A stretch of DNA of 51,402 nt, taken from a virus. Lineage: Duplodnaviria > Caudoviricetes. The stretch is from positions 1-51,402 of IMG/VR virus record IMGVR_UViG_3300012096_000008. One strand, given 5' to 3'. The notes below the pieces were generated by a model. That model saw only the letters and a program-made list of their open reading frames with translations. It had not been told where the DNA came from and made no database searches. Shown here one piece after another: positions 17,101 through 26,346 of the stretch (the first letter of the stretch is position 1; each line of letters starts with the position of its first letter). The position numbers were made by a program, and so were the translations under genes.

Positions 17101-19404
17101 ACCTAGACGACTGCGATACTTATATTCGGAGATCTCCATCAATACACGCTCAGCCTCTACCATCTTGACGAAGGAGAAGTAAGCATTAGCTTCATTGAAG
17201 CTAGGAGGACGATCAAAGTTTATTAGATAATGATTCTCTAGTTCACCTAATGTCTTAAAGAAATAACCAGGTTCTCCATTATTATGAGGATCAGGGGCAT
17301 CCTGGGCATACTTTAATGTTCTAGTGAATTGTTCCTTTACTTCATCTTTAGTAAGCTTACCTGTAATAGATCTAGGAGCACTCCGATACCAAGGAATAGG
17401 CTCTCCAGCTACTTCGTCATTACGCACTACACCCCTAGCAATATCGACTAGAGATTGTCCTTCTTGCTTAGCCCAATTACGTAAACCTGAAGTAGAGAAG
17501 GTGGCAGCATTACGCTGCATCATTTCATTCTTAGATAGAGTTTGATTAGCCCCCCGTACCCAACCGAAGATACCATTTCTAATATTCTCGAAACCAGAGG
17601 CACTAGAAGTACCTACAGCATCCGGAATTATATTACCTGCTACATCTCTGATCATAAGATTCTTGACCAGAGGATCTCCTTCATTAAATGGAATAGTTCT
17701 CTCTACGTAAAAACCAATACCTCTTTGCTTAATAGCGGCAGTAGGGAAGATAGCTTCATTCTTTACCTTACCTTCAGCTTGACCTAATTTGTAGGCTGTG
17801 GGTGCTAGTTTAAGTTCTTGTCTAGCAAAATTATTGGCTAGCTCTGCAGAAGAGAATAGACCCCCATCGTAATTACCATACCTAATAGGCCATTCATGGG
17901 TATTGGTAATCTTATTAGGAATAGGATCACCTACATCTAATAAAGTATTTTTAGGCCCTCTATAGTCAGCGGCAATCTTATTCTTTAGGGCTTCTACATT
18001 CTCAGGTACAGTCAGAGCAAGTGGAGTACGTTGAACCTTAGACATAGCCTCGGCTTCGTTGAGTAGAGTTTCTCCTCCACGAATAATACCATCTTGTATT
18101 CTAACTACAGCTTCACGAGAGAAGCTGCCTGTATTATTAGCTAGCAGTTCAGCATCTTGTCTGAACCCAGTCATCAAGGCTTCCCTACCAATCTTAGTAG
18201 GATTTAGAGTTCCATCATTACCTTTAATTATATTATCAGCTACGGTAAGAATAGCAGATCTATCTGTATTACCTACATTCTCAGCTATAGTAGCTTGAGT
18301 AGGATGTTCTACTTCTAGAGACTTAGCTATATCGCGATAACCTCTACGAGTATTGTTTAATAGATTAACTTTAGTTAATAGCTTCTTAGTTACATTAACA
18401 CCGGTAGCAATATCCAATGGAGCTAGTACAGTATAGATATTATTTAAATACTTATCTGAGGTTGTAGAACCTAGAATAGTCTGAGCAAACATCAGAGCCA
18501 GGGTAGGATTATTACTCAATCCATCTAATATTCTAGTAACCTCGGATCTAAACTGAGGTCCAGGTAAAGCCATCAAAGCATCCACTGTACTCTCTAAGTT
18601 AGTTCCTAGTAAGACACCACCAGAGAGTTTACCCACCTCCTGCATCAGACCTCTAAGTTTATATTCAGAGTAGGGTTGTGCTATTAGAGCTAATTGATCC
18701 GTAGTCCAACCAATCCAACCTTGTTTATCTATTTCATCCTGTAAGTTCTCAGCCTTTGTATGAACGAATTCACGCATGGCTGCAAGAGTACTAGTCTTAG
18801 ATACATTGTCATCTACTTGATCCGGGATCTCTCCTTTAGCTTTATCCAGAAAGTTATCTGGCATATAACTAGCAGCTGTATTAGCAGCACTCACATAACT
18901 AGTTGCATAAGCTCTTTCAATTACTTCATTAGGATCAGCAGCATGATTAACTGGAGCGAAAGGATCTAAGATTTGTTTAACTTCATTAGGATCTAATGGA
19001 CCGCCTTTACTAACAGAAGCTTGTATAATCTTCTGCTGCTGTGTCATAGCTCTATTATAATCTATCTTAGCAGCAGCTTCCCTACGTATCCAGTCTTCTT
19101 GTCCCGCGGCTATGGAAGATCTAACGCCATTCTCATCCATGCCTAATAGATCAGCCAGACCACCATAATTAATCTTAAATGTTCTTTTATCTACCGTAGC
19201 TTCAGAAGGATTAGGAGAAGCGGTATTAGGTCCCGGAAGAGTTGGTTGAGGTAAACCATCATCAGCCTTACCTGGAAGTCCTATTACTACACCTTGATCT
19301 TGAGGTGAAACTAACTCCTGAGGTTGATCCAACTGAGCAGGTTGAGAGAAACTTATTCCCTCTTGTCCCTCATTCTCATCTGGAATGGGTAATGATTGGG
19401 CCAT
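14179..19404 (-). CDS. large internal virion (ejection) protein
   Basis: 1741 aa, with size and position of a podovirus ejection protein. Confidence 0.7.
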   Translation of the reverse strand: MAQSLPIPDENEGQEGISFSQPAQLDQPQELVSPQDQGVVIGLPGKADDGLPQPTLPGPNTASPNPSEATVDKRTFKINYGGLADLLGMDENGVRSSIAAGQEDWIRREAAAKIDYNRAMTQQQKIIQASVSKGGPLDPNEVKQILDPFAPVNHAADPNEVIERAYATSYVSAANTAASYMPDNFLDKAKGEIPDQVDDNVSKTSTLAAMREFVHTKAENLQDEIDKQGWIGWTTDQLALIAQPYSEYKLRGLMQEVGKLSGGVLLGTNLESTVDALMALPGPQFRSEVTRILDGLSNNPTLALMFAQTILGSTTSDKYLNNIYTVLAPLDIATGVNVTKKLLTKVNLLNNTRRGYRDIAKSLEVEHPTQATIAENVGNTDRSAILTVADNIIKGNDGTLNPTKIGREALMTGFRQDAELLANNTGSFSREAVVRIQDGIIRGGETLLNEAEAMSKVQRTPLALTVPENVEALKNKIAADYRGPKNTLLDVGDPIPNKITNTHEWPIRYGNYDGGLFSSAELANNFARQELKLAPTAYKLGQAEGKVKNEAIFPTAAIKQRGIGFYVERTIPFNEGDPLVKNLMIRDVAGNIIPDAVGTSSASGFENIRNGIFGWVRGANQTLSKNEMMQRNAATFSTSGLRNWAKQEGQSLVDIARGVVRNDEVAGEPIPWYRSAPRSITGKLTKDEVKEQFTRTLKYAQDAPDPHNNGEPGYFFKTLGELENHYLINFDRPPSFNEANAYFSFVKMVEAERVLMEISEYKYRSRLGVEQHQFWFDGPNNTKINSGFVDGVDRKSLPGGSENILVLGDKAGDERIYRTDALPTKLREKLSDQVSKGQGRVIQVYASGQRPLANFSKIAGNERVVYVFANNIETKELGYEHVNRRAGGHFDFDYDHAIKQPIITPTQPGSVASDKRGAKVEHLYEGDRTFALADNRAQGRDFARRMNDVVALMDARKMDEAKAKFLEHELPMEWDHFKGFFEATKDENGKTVLPRYSTKEKFEVVPKGMQIADLPVGKDLQTKYAGTWRDGTRSGDLSKQFQVDYNRERAEDRVYAINARGKADRPDFEYQPASMVDPMAAFNRSFNRMVNSTFMDDYKIYTVEHWLREAAPYLKTKESELRSAPFSNFVTPEWSTGLNSVDLMKKSNLLSNRYKAREFIGLPSKFDTTMYQLTQQIADTMYESANPFKRGALLVPHWLLPYHAEPVAAIRSMAYDFKLGLYSLPQILTQFNSWTTTVALEPRAGAAGTYASLLHSWASVNNTPEVLKALDNYATKIDAAKLTLGSSRWRPGEFLEGRQELIRSGFLNVGGEMADLDNVFNNSSVVQGMSGFRRGGRQFFNWGEKAARIPAYYTAFRNFREDNPFKALTELDRQQILRHANILTNNMTRASASMLNEGVLSLPMQFLNYTYRLGETFFGKEIGSTAGDRALARARLMATYGAMYGIPSAVGVTGLPLGDKARKYALDNFGYIPGEHWYSTAIMEGWPALFLNKATGGNNYDVGGKWGTKGMTTLTDLLRSDKTWMQIVGGAGFDNLYKFLSGFDGWYKSMISFARQDPAEKRFKFTFDDLIKPALQISSVNQFRKGYIGTTMGKWIATNDVPVMDVSKANAIFMATTGLGPTEQTDAWLKGDIRRQEKDLQKDALKSFIEDMHRADMAAKANDPQQAETYHRNAFATLHLAGFTYDRVLAAIAQAAKSKGDSIDRSNYDFYLGRDIPTDVRERRKDAFVRTKQLQQTQGTQ

Positions 19405-19940
19405 TAAACGTATGGACCTCCCGGATTAGATCCGAATCCTGCCCCTATATTCCTAGCAAAGGATCCGATAATTGGACCTGCCCTAAGGGTTGCACCACCG
19501 AGAGAGGCTATACCTTGATCAGTAGCAGCTTGACCTCCTAGACCAGCTAATTGAATTTTCTTACCGCTAACATCATTATTTAGACCAAAGATATTTTGAC
19601 CAATCTGTAAGTTCTGACTAATGCCTAAGGCATTAACTCCACCTTGATCTGAAGCAGCAGCTTGCGCACCTGCCAATCCTGATCCGAACTGAGCTCCGCC
19701 AGCAGTAGCTACTTCTAATCCCTTAGCTCTAGCTTGCTGAACATTACGAAGATTCTGTAGTTGAGCCCGTGAAGCTTCTAATTGCATCTGTTGTTGCTTT
19801 TGCGCATTGATCTGCATTTCATCCGCAGCAATTCCTGCACTAACTTGTGCAGTCTGTTTAGCTACATTGGCTGCGCCGAGACCTCCAAAAATCTGCATTC
19901 CTAAACCAGCTATACCCAAACCTATTGATATTGGATCCAT
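19404..19940 (-). CDS. internal virion protein (T7 gp14-like)
   Basis: MDPISIGLGIAGLG hydrophobic N-terminus, Gly/Ala/Gln-rich, directly after the nozzle. Confidence 0.75.
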   Translation of the reverse strand: MDPISIGLGIAGLGMQIFGGLGAANVAKQTAQVSAGIAADEMQINAQKQQQMQLEASRAQLQNLRNVQQARAKGLEVATAGGAQFGSGLAGAQAAASDQGGVNALGISQNLQIGQNIFGLNNDVSGKKIQLAGLGGQAATDQGIASLGGATLRAGPIIGSFARNIGAGFGSNPGGPYV

Positions 19941-22309
19941 TATGGCCCCTGATTAACTGTTTCATAGAGAGACCAACCCATTAAATCAAATGGTTGTTTA
20001 TCTACTGATGTTATTTTAAGTTGCAATACTAAACCCCACCCTCTAAGTCTATGTCTTTTAAAGATCATTCCATAGTTAGTACTATTAATATTTACGTACT
20101 GCTGGATACTCCATCTCCCGGAATTAGGATTCAATGCATAGTCCCATAGACTTTGTATGTAATATGCAACAGGTAATCCATTTGTTCTGGAATACAAATA
20201 AACATAGGGGATTTGGAAACGTCGTTCAGCTTGTCCATGTAATTTATAACCAGTGGTAAATGTACTGACAAAGTTATTAGATACATTGGCACTTGCCCAA
20301 TCTACATATGTAAAATCTTTTTCTTCTGCAAATGTAATGCCAGTGAATGTAGAAGTTACATATTTAATTACAGAGGAAGGGGTATTCAATCCACCAGGGC
20401 TTTGAACATAAATAATACCATTTATAGTGGGCGGATTATTTGTTGTTATATCAAAGGAATAAGGATAGAAAGCTTTATTATGATTATTGAAATTTAATAC
20501 ACTGTCATATGTATATCTATCTGTTACACTTACTTCATTATTACTTTTATAAATCCATTGCACAATGTAATTAATAGGATCATAGACTCCTCGAACATAC
20601 TTCTTACTTTGTAAGGGAATGTCATCATAGAATGTTTGTATTGTTCCGACTGTAAGTGGAATAACTTCAAGAGGATTGACGTGCAAAGGACTATTAAGAA
20701 GACTTGTTCCTTGTTTAGCAGGCTCTACTTGATAGATACCCTCTTCATTCCAAAACATAGGAAGACCGTTAATATCTACGAAAGATGTACTAGATATACT
20801 ACGAACTGCTGAGAGTTTAACTATTGAATAATCATCAGCAGCAAAACCAATCCCAGCGCTTCCGGATATATACCAAACACCATTAGCTGCAAAGACAAGT
20901 AAAGCATTCAGGAGTGGAAAAAGTTTATAAATACTTCCGCTGCCTTGTATTTGAATTACACCTCCATCTGAGGGTAATAGATTAAATAGAGTCTGTGAAG
21001 TAGGATCATTATCTTGATAACATAAACCAAAATCATTTGAAGTTTGGACTATTTTAGAAAAGTATATACTCTCTGTCCAAGTGTAATAAGGTTCATCCCC
21101 GAGAGGTGGTTGTTGAGCATCTACTCCGGTATACCAAACACGTCCTTGAAACCAACATCCAGTCCGTGGACGAACTGTAGTAACAATGTCAGTTATATTA
21201 GATGTACCACTCACAAGTCCTCTCTGCTGATTAAAAGCATTGAGGATGTAATGTCCTTGCGGAGCATTAGATGTAGATAAAGTTACATTGGCTGCAGTTG
21301 TGGTTGGATTAAAGACATTGGCAGTATCTTTAAAGTACCACCACACATCTGCATTACTTGGATAATTTCCTACTGCAGTATGCCAGGTTGATATATGACC
21401 TTGATTTGTCTGTGTTAATTGCCACTTAGCAAAAGTACCTAAAGCAAAGGTTCCTCCATAAGCATATGTAATAGTTACCGTTATTGAAACATTAGCCACA
21501 AAACTAGATACAGTTCCTGACATAGCAGGAGATCCAGCAGGAGGAGGATTATAAAAAAATTGAAGAGGATCTGTACAATATATGTTGACCGTATCACCCC
21601 CAGTTACTCCCGCAGTAGAAGAGACTGCAAAAGTTATCGAAGAATGAACTACTGAGGTTGAAGTAGTTGAAGAAAAACTCCAAGCACCACCTGAGGTCCA
21701 TCCTTGATTAGTTAAATTATAATTATGTTCATTAGTTAATACATTAGGTCTCGTCGTTATTCCAACAGTCTCTGGAATACCGTTAAAATCTCTGACCTGA
21801 ACATTTATCTTATTACCACCAATTACTCCTGAAGTATATGTGCAGTAAAATGGATCACAACTAGGATGATAAACAAATAGATAACCATTGCCATCAGAGA
21901 ATTGACACTCTTTAGCTGCATCAAATACTCCTCCATTAGCAACAAATGATGTTACGTTAATAAAAGAAGATACTGGTTGTTTAGAAAGCGGGAGGGATAC
22001 AGTAGCAGAACTACTTTTATAAAATAGAAGAAAAGTTCCTATTTGAACAACTACTAATTGAGTTAAACCATCACCGCCTACATTATTCCACTTATAAGTA
22101 TTAATGGCAGAGTCCGATCTATTAATGATACTATATTGAAAATTAGCCTCGTAATCAAATCCTGCACGTCTAATAACATCGCCCACCAGAGTATAAACAC
22201 AATTAGAAGTACTAGTGGCTGCATTCTCCGGGAAGTTTAACCCAGTGAATTCAGTTAATAATCCTTTGGTGAAGTTATTTTCAACACTATTTAGAACTTG
22301 TTGAGGCAA
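19940..22309 (-). CDS. tail tubular protein B (nozzle)
   Basis: 789 aa, N-terminal NNF.KGL.TE...LNFPE, beta-propeller-like composition, C-terminal LRG.G..LQL. Confidence 0.85.
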   Translation of the reverse strand: MPQQVLNSVENNFTKGLLTEFTGLNFPENAATSTSNCVYTLVGDVIRRAGFDYEANFQYSIINRSDSAINTYKWNNVGGDGLTQLVVVQIGTFLLFYKSSSATVSLPLSKQPVSSFINVTSFVANGGVFDAAKECQFSDGNGYLFVYHPSCDPFYCTYTSGVIGGNKINVQVRDFNGIPETVGITTRPNVLTNEHNYNLTNQGWTSGGAWSFSSTTSTSVVHSSITFAVSSTAGVTGGDTVNIYCTDPLQFFYNPPPAGSPAMSGTVSSFVANVSITVTITYAYGGTFALGTFAKWQLTQTNQGHISTWHTAVGNYPSNADVWWYFKDTANVFNPTTTAANVTLSTSNAPQGHYILNAFNQQRGLVSGTSNITDIVTTVRPRTGCWFQGRVWYTGVDAQQPPLGDEPYYTWTESIYFSKIVQTSNDFGLCYQDNDPTSQTLFNLLPSDGGVIQIQGSGSIYKLFPLLNALLVFAANGVWYISGSAGIGFAADDYSIVKLSAVRSISSTSFVDINGLPMFWNEEGIYQVEPAKQGTSLLNSPLHVNPLEVIPLTVGTIQTFYDDIPLQSKKYVRGVYDPINYIVQWIYKSNNEVSVTDRYTYDSVLNFNNHNKAFYPYSFDITTNNPPTINGIIYVQSPGGLNTPSSVIKYVTSTFTGITFAEEKDFTYVDWASANVSNNFVSTFTTGYKLHGQAERRFQIPYVYLYSRTNGLPVAYYIQSLWDYALNPNSGRWSIQQYVNINSTNYGMIFKRHRLRGWGLVLQLKITSVDKQPFDLMGWSLYETVNQGP

Positions 22310-22615
22310 TTAATCCACTACTTCCTTAATTGCTATATTTCTAGTTTTGAAATAAGTATCGGCGTATTTTTTCAAGGATGGGAAACTGGTGAACTTAGCT
22401 TTCAGAGATTGTGGCAATATCCCATTCTCATATTGGAAATACCAGAAACAGGTGTCTGGCTCCATCTTGGCAAATAATTTATTACCGCCGGTAAAGAGTT
22501 TAGTATCCATTAATCCTGTGGCACCTTTAACAGTTTTATCTATTACATCTAGAACAAGTTCTCTATCTTTAGCTCTCATCTTAGTAGTATCTGGCAAATA
22601 TTGAATTTCAGCCAT
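22310..22615 (-). CDS. hypothetical protein between adaptor and nozzle
   Basis: Coupled ORF containing G.LP..LK.KFTS. Confidence 0.75.
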   Translation of the reverse strand: MAEIQYLPDTTKMRAKDRELVLDVIDKTVKGATGLMDTKLFTGGNKLFAKMEPDTCFWYFQYENGILPQSLKAKFTSFPSLKKYADTYFKTRNIAIKEVVD

Positions 22616-23747
22616 TGGAAGAATCCCATCCTCTTAATTTAAATTGACTAGCCCTACTTGTAACCATACCGCCGCGTCTACCATAATCAGCTAGCTCATT
22701 AAAATAAGTCGGTCTATTAACTACCGCCTTATTTTTTTGCACTGTACTCCACCCGCGTTTAATTTCCTGTTCAGCTTTAGGGTGAATAGATTGTTTTAAT
22801 TCAAAATATGCTAAGGCCTTAGCTTCATTCAAGAGAAGAGTAAATTGCTCATCATCTAAATTAGGAATGAAACTATCTACCATTTGCCATTTAGGAAATA
22901 CTCTAGCCCAACACATAGTCTTATTAGCTTGAAGAGTTGAGTCCTGAGTATTATCAAAAGCATCAAAAATGACGTTGAAGTTACTTAGAATACAACAATA
23001 GGACGGTTGCCTATCTGTCTTATAATAGAAGGTATAATTACCGGGAAAACCATTAATATTATTAGTAAATTGAAAACTTCTTACATTAATCTCAGAGGGA
23101 TTAAAGGTATTAACACGATCTATGAATTGATCTATCGGAAGAATAGTAACATACTGATAACCGGGAACAGCTTGGTTATTAGTTGAAATGGCATTGATAA
23201 TCCAAGAATTAAAAGTACCTGATCCTTGTTTTGAAGTTATATTTATTACTAGAGTAGTACTTGAATAGGAAGTTACATTACCTGTTACACTATTACTTCC
23301 CGAAGTAGCCGTAGCTTGTTGCCCAACCTTAATAGATAATGCAGCAGAAGATACTATAAATGTTAATGAACCTAGTCCAATTGTATTAGTGGTGGAAGAT
23401 GTAGTGGACCATAGAATAGTCGGTTTAATATCTACGTTAACACCATGTGTAGCTGTGGTAGTATTAACATTATTAAATATATTAGTATTAAAATATTTAA
23501 TCCATTTAATACCAGTTACATCATCAGGAACTAACATCTCTACTGGAGTTATAGCGCTGAGAGAAGGTTCTAATTGAATTAATTGACTATGCTCGGGTAA
23601 TTCAGTACGATTAACAATATCATAGTATTTATTCTTTAATATAAGAGCTATCTGTTGAGATTCGACATTATCCCCAATACTATTAACTTCATCTGAGGAT
23701 AAAGAACTCAGAACATTCTGAGTCATATCAAGTAAAGTCATGGACAT
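22608..23747 (-). CDS. tail tubular protein A (adaptor) with inserted beta domain
   Basis: MTLLD.TQ.VLS...SDEVNSIGD..ES.Q.A N-terminus, D.FIP.L and LL.EAK...AEQ motifs. Confidence 0.85.
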   Translation of the reverse strand: MSMTLLDMTQNVLSSLSSDEVNSIGDNVESQQIALILKNKYYDIVNRTELPEHSQLIQLEPSLSAITPVEMLVPDDVTGIKWIKYFNTNIFNNVNTTTATHGVNVDIKPTILWSTTSSTTNTIGLGSLTFIVSSAALSIKVGQQATATSGSNSVTGNVTSYSSTTLVINITSKQGSGTFNSWIINAISTNNQAVPGYQYVTILPIDQFIDRVNTFNPSEINVRSFQFTNNINGFPGNYTFYYKTDRQPSYCCILSNFNVIFDAFDNTQDSTLQANKTMCWARVFPKWQMVDSFIPNLDDEQFTLLLNEAKALAYFELKQSIHPKAEQEIKRGWSTVQKNKAVVNRPTYFNELADYGRRGGMVTSRASQFKLRGWDSSNG

Positions 23748-23750
23748 TTA

Positions 23751-24113
23751 TTAGCGTCTCCAAATACTCATTGCAGTAATACCAAATAGAAATACCATGA
23801 CTGCATAAGGTAGTTCAACAAGAGAGGGTGGATAAGCAGCCACCGTCCAAACCAATTCAGGATGCCTGTAAACTACGATGTTATTCCAAGTTACAAAACC
23901 CATCCAAACAGCAACAGGGAATAAAATTAGATCTCTAGCCAATCTTACTCCTAGATCATCGTGGAAAGCAGTAGTAACGGTGGTACTACCCTGAACAATA
24001 GACTTATCTAAATCTACATTAGCTTGATGTATGCCAAGTTGAACATCTTTAGCCTTGACAAATATAGAAACGATCCCCTGTATTATTGGCCCTATTATTG
24101 GAATCCAGAACAT
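23751..24113 (-). CDS. putative holin
   Basis: Several hydrophobic helices and a basic C-terminus, in the lysis cassette. Confidence 0.55.
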   Translation of the reverse strand: MFWIPIIGPIIQGIVSIFVKAKDVQLGIHQANVDLDKSIVQGSTTVTTAFHDDLGVRLARDLILFPVAVWMGFVTWNNIVVYRHPELVWTVAAYPPSLVELPYAVMVFLFGITAMSIWRR

Positions 24114-24347
24114 TTAATCCTTTTCTCTTCCATGTGCTAACCAAGTTATAATACCTAGAATAGCTAAGCCAATAGTAATTTCCTTAGGAATATCAAGCTC
24201 ACCTAAATAACTTTTAAAAGTAGGATCTGAGATATAACTATGCAATTCACCTAAAGCAAAGAGAGTTGCACCTATAGTAGTTTGAGTATAACCTAAGAAT
24301 TTAGTCCAACTCTTATACCATATAGTTTTAAAGGGCTGGGATAGCAC
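24114..24347 (-). CDS. small membrane protein (holin-like)
   Basis: Two hydrophobic segments, next to the endolysin. Confidence 0.55.
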   Translation of the reverse strand: MLSQPFKTIWYKSWTKFLGYTQTTIGATLFALGELHSYISDPTFKSYLGELDIPKEITIGLAILGIITWLAHGREKD

Positions 24348-24546
24348 TGGTCACCGCAGCCTTAGCTGTAGCAATATCAGCTGTAACAGTAGCAGTTGCC
24401 TTAGGGCCAAACCACCAGCCGAGTCCGCCACCAACTAGTAAGGCAACGACGGAAGAAATAATTGCAGTCATATAAGAAACTCCTGTGGGGATTGAATGAT
24501 AAACATGTTGGACAGTATGAGTTGCTGCTTGGGCTAGATTAGCCAT
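24328..24546 (-). CDS. small membrane protein
   Basis: TM segment AIISSVVALLVGGGLGWWFG, coupled to the endolysin stop. Confidence 0.6.
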   Translation of the reverse strand: MANLAQAATHTVQHVYHSIPTGVSYMTAIISSVVALLVGGGLGWWFGPKATATVTADIATAKAAVTSAIPAL

Positions 24547-25187
24547 TAAAATTTTCCTTTATTTTTATAGAGATGGATTATAGCACCCACAATTATCGCC
24601 AATACTATAGAGCCAATGATGATGGCAGTTTGATGGGTATGGAAGTAACTGGTAGACCCAACCGCTATGGCTACTGTCCCTGCGCCTACTGCAGGCCCTG
24701 TTGTATTATCCTTGGTAGCATTATCAGACAGAAACTTACTATAAGCACGCACACGAGATACCCGAGACAACCAACCTCTAAGAAACTTCGCATTCTTGCC
24801 CCCTGCAATAGACTTTAGGAAGACCGTACGTTCGTCATTGATAGCGTCTATTAGTTTAGTATCTTTAAGTAATTTAAACTTCTGTAGAGCCTTCCTAGGA
24901 CGTTGTAGACCACTATTAACTCCATAGTCAAAGCAAGTATAATCTACACCAGATGGAAGATCATCACAACCCAAAGCATCCCAATATCTAGTTTTATAAA
25001 TAATCTTAGCTTGAGCTTTAGTCATGTTCTTTACATCTATAGCAGATCCACTAGAGTCAATGTACCTGCGATAATCGCCCAAAGTGACGCCAAAATTAGT
25101 AGGACCACCACTGTCACTCGGATCATCTCCATAACCTCCTTCTTCTTTTAAAACTCTCATTAAACAGTTATTATAATTATCTTTCAT
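24546..25187 (-). CDS. GH108 endolysin with C-terminal hydrophobic helices
   Basis: EGGY..DP.D.GG.TNFG, Y...YW, D.LP.G.D...FD.GVNSG and F.RGW..R motifs. Confidence 0.93.
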   Translation of the reverse strand: MKDNYNNCLMRVLKEEGGYGDDPSDSGGPTNFGVTLGDYRRYIDSSGSAIDVKNMTKAQAKIIYKTRYWDALGCDDLPSGVDYTCFDYGVNSGLQRPRKALQKFKLLKDTKLIDAINDERTVFLKSIAGGKNAKFLRGWLSRVSRVRAYSKFLSDNATKDNTTGPAVGAGTVAIAVGSTSYFHTHQTAIIIGSIVLAIIVGAIIHLYKNKGKF

Positions 25188-26338
25188 TACCGTTCCCTTC
25201 TAGCCCGTAGAATACCAAAAGCAGCTTCAGTACTTACTGTGAAATTACAGAAAGCTACTAAATATATAGTAGTAGTTGTAGATAGACTAAATCTAGCTCG
25301 TCCTAAATGAATGTTTTGAGTAGGGGCTGATCCCAAAACAATACCTGAGCTAGAATACGCTAATTCATCAAAACGATCATTAGAAAAATCTAATGTACTG
25401 GAAGTAAGTGAAAGACTTCCTGCATAAAGAGTTACATTAGTCGTTGCTGCTCCTTGAAATAATAGATTTGCTTCTATATCCCAATCTCCTGCTGTAAGGG
25501 AGATAGTAGTTATATTAGTTGCTGTCGCCGTTGTTAAGGATATAGCCGATCCTGCGGATATATTAGATGAAATATATTCGCCAATTTCACCGGATAATGC
25601 TGAGCCAGTACTTGGTTCACCGCTATAATGTCCTGGTGAAATAGTACTCGCATTTATGGAAGTAGCTGTAGCTGATCCAAGAACAGGAGCAATTAAAGTA
25701 GGTGCAGTTGCAAATGTAGCGTTACCAGTTCCTGTTTTAGTTGTCAAGGCTAGTAGAAGATTAGATGAAGACGGAGTTGCTAAAAATGTAGATACCCCTG
25801 TCCCAAGCCCAGTAACCCCACTGATCGGAAGTCCAGTGGCATTAGTTAAAATAGCTAGTGAAGGTGTATCTAAATTAGGTGTTACTAAAGTGGGAGAAGT
25901 AAGAGTTTTATTAGTAAGAGTTTGAGTATCTGTCGTACCTACTAAAATACCACTTGCAGGAAAAGTTTCAGTAGTAGCTCCTATTGTAAGATTTGTAAAT
26001 GTTGGAGTAGTTGTAGTAGATACTGTAACTGGATTAGATCCAGTTAATGCAATATTTGTTCCAGCATTTACCACAGGAACTACAATAGAACCTCCTCCAA
26101 TAAAAGTATTTAAATCTTGTAATCTAAGGGGGGAATTAGTAGTAGCCGGAGATGGTAGATTTAAAATCTGATTGCCATTCAGATCTAAATTAGAATTCAT
26201 AGTATTGGGCTGCGTTCCATCTCTAGACAAAGTATTATCAAATGCAGTTTGGATGGTAGCAGAATTATTATTTATTGTAGTAGCAGCTGTTACAGGTTGA
26301 GTAAGATCAGCTACATTAGGGAGAGTTATCTTAGACAT
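25187..26338 (-). CDS. tail fibre protein
   Basis: N-terminal anchor shared with 26347..28179, [12 protein letters not shown] fibre repeats, and C-terminal ISLTAGDWD...RARR domain. Confidence 0.85.
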   Translation of the reverse strand: MSKITLPNVADLTQPVTAATTINNNSATIQTAFDNTLSRDGTQPNTMNSNLDLNGNQILNLPSPATTNSPLRLQDLNTFIGGGSIVVPVVNAGTNIALTGSNPVTVSTTTTPTFTNLTIGATTETFPASGILVGTTDTQTLTNKTLTSPTLVTPNLDTPSLAILTNATGLPISGVTGLGTGVSTFLATPSSSNLLLALTTKTGTGNATFATAPTLIAPVLGSATATSINASTISPGHYSGEPSTGSALSGEIGEYISSNISAGSAISLTTATATNITTISLTAGDWDIEANLLFQGAATTNVTLYAGSLSLTSSTLDFSNDRFDELAYSSSGIVLGSAPTQNIHLGRARFSLSTTTTIYLVAFCNFTVSTEAAFGILRARRER

Positions 26339-26346
26339 AAAATACC

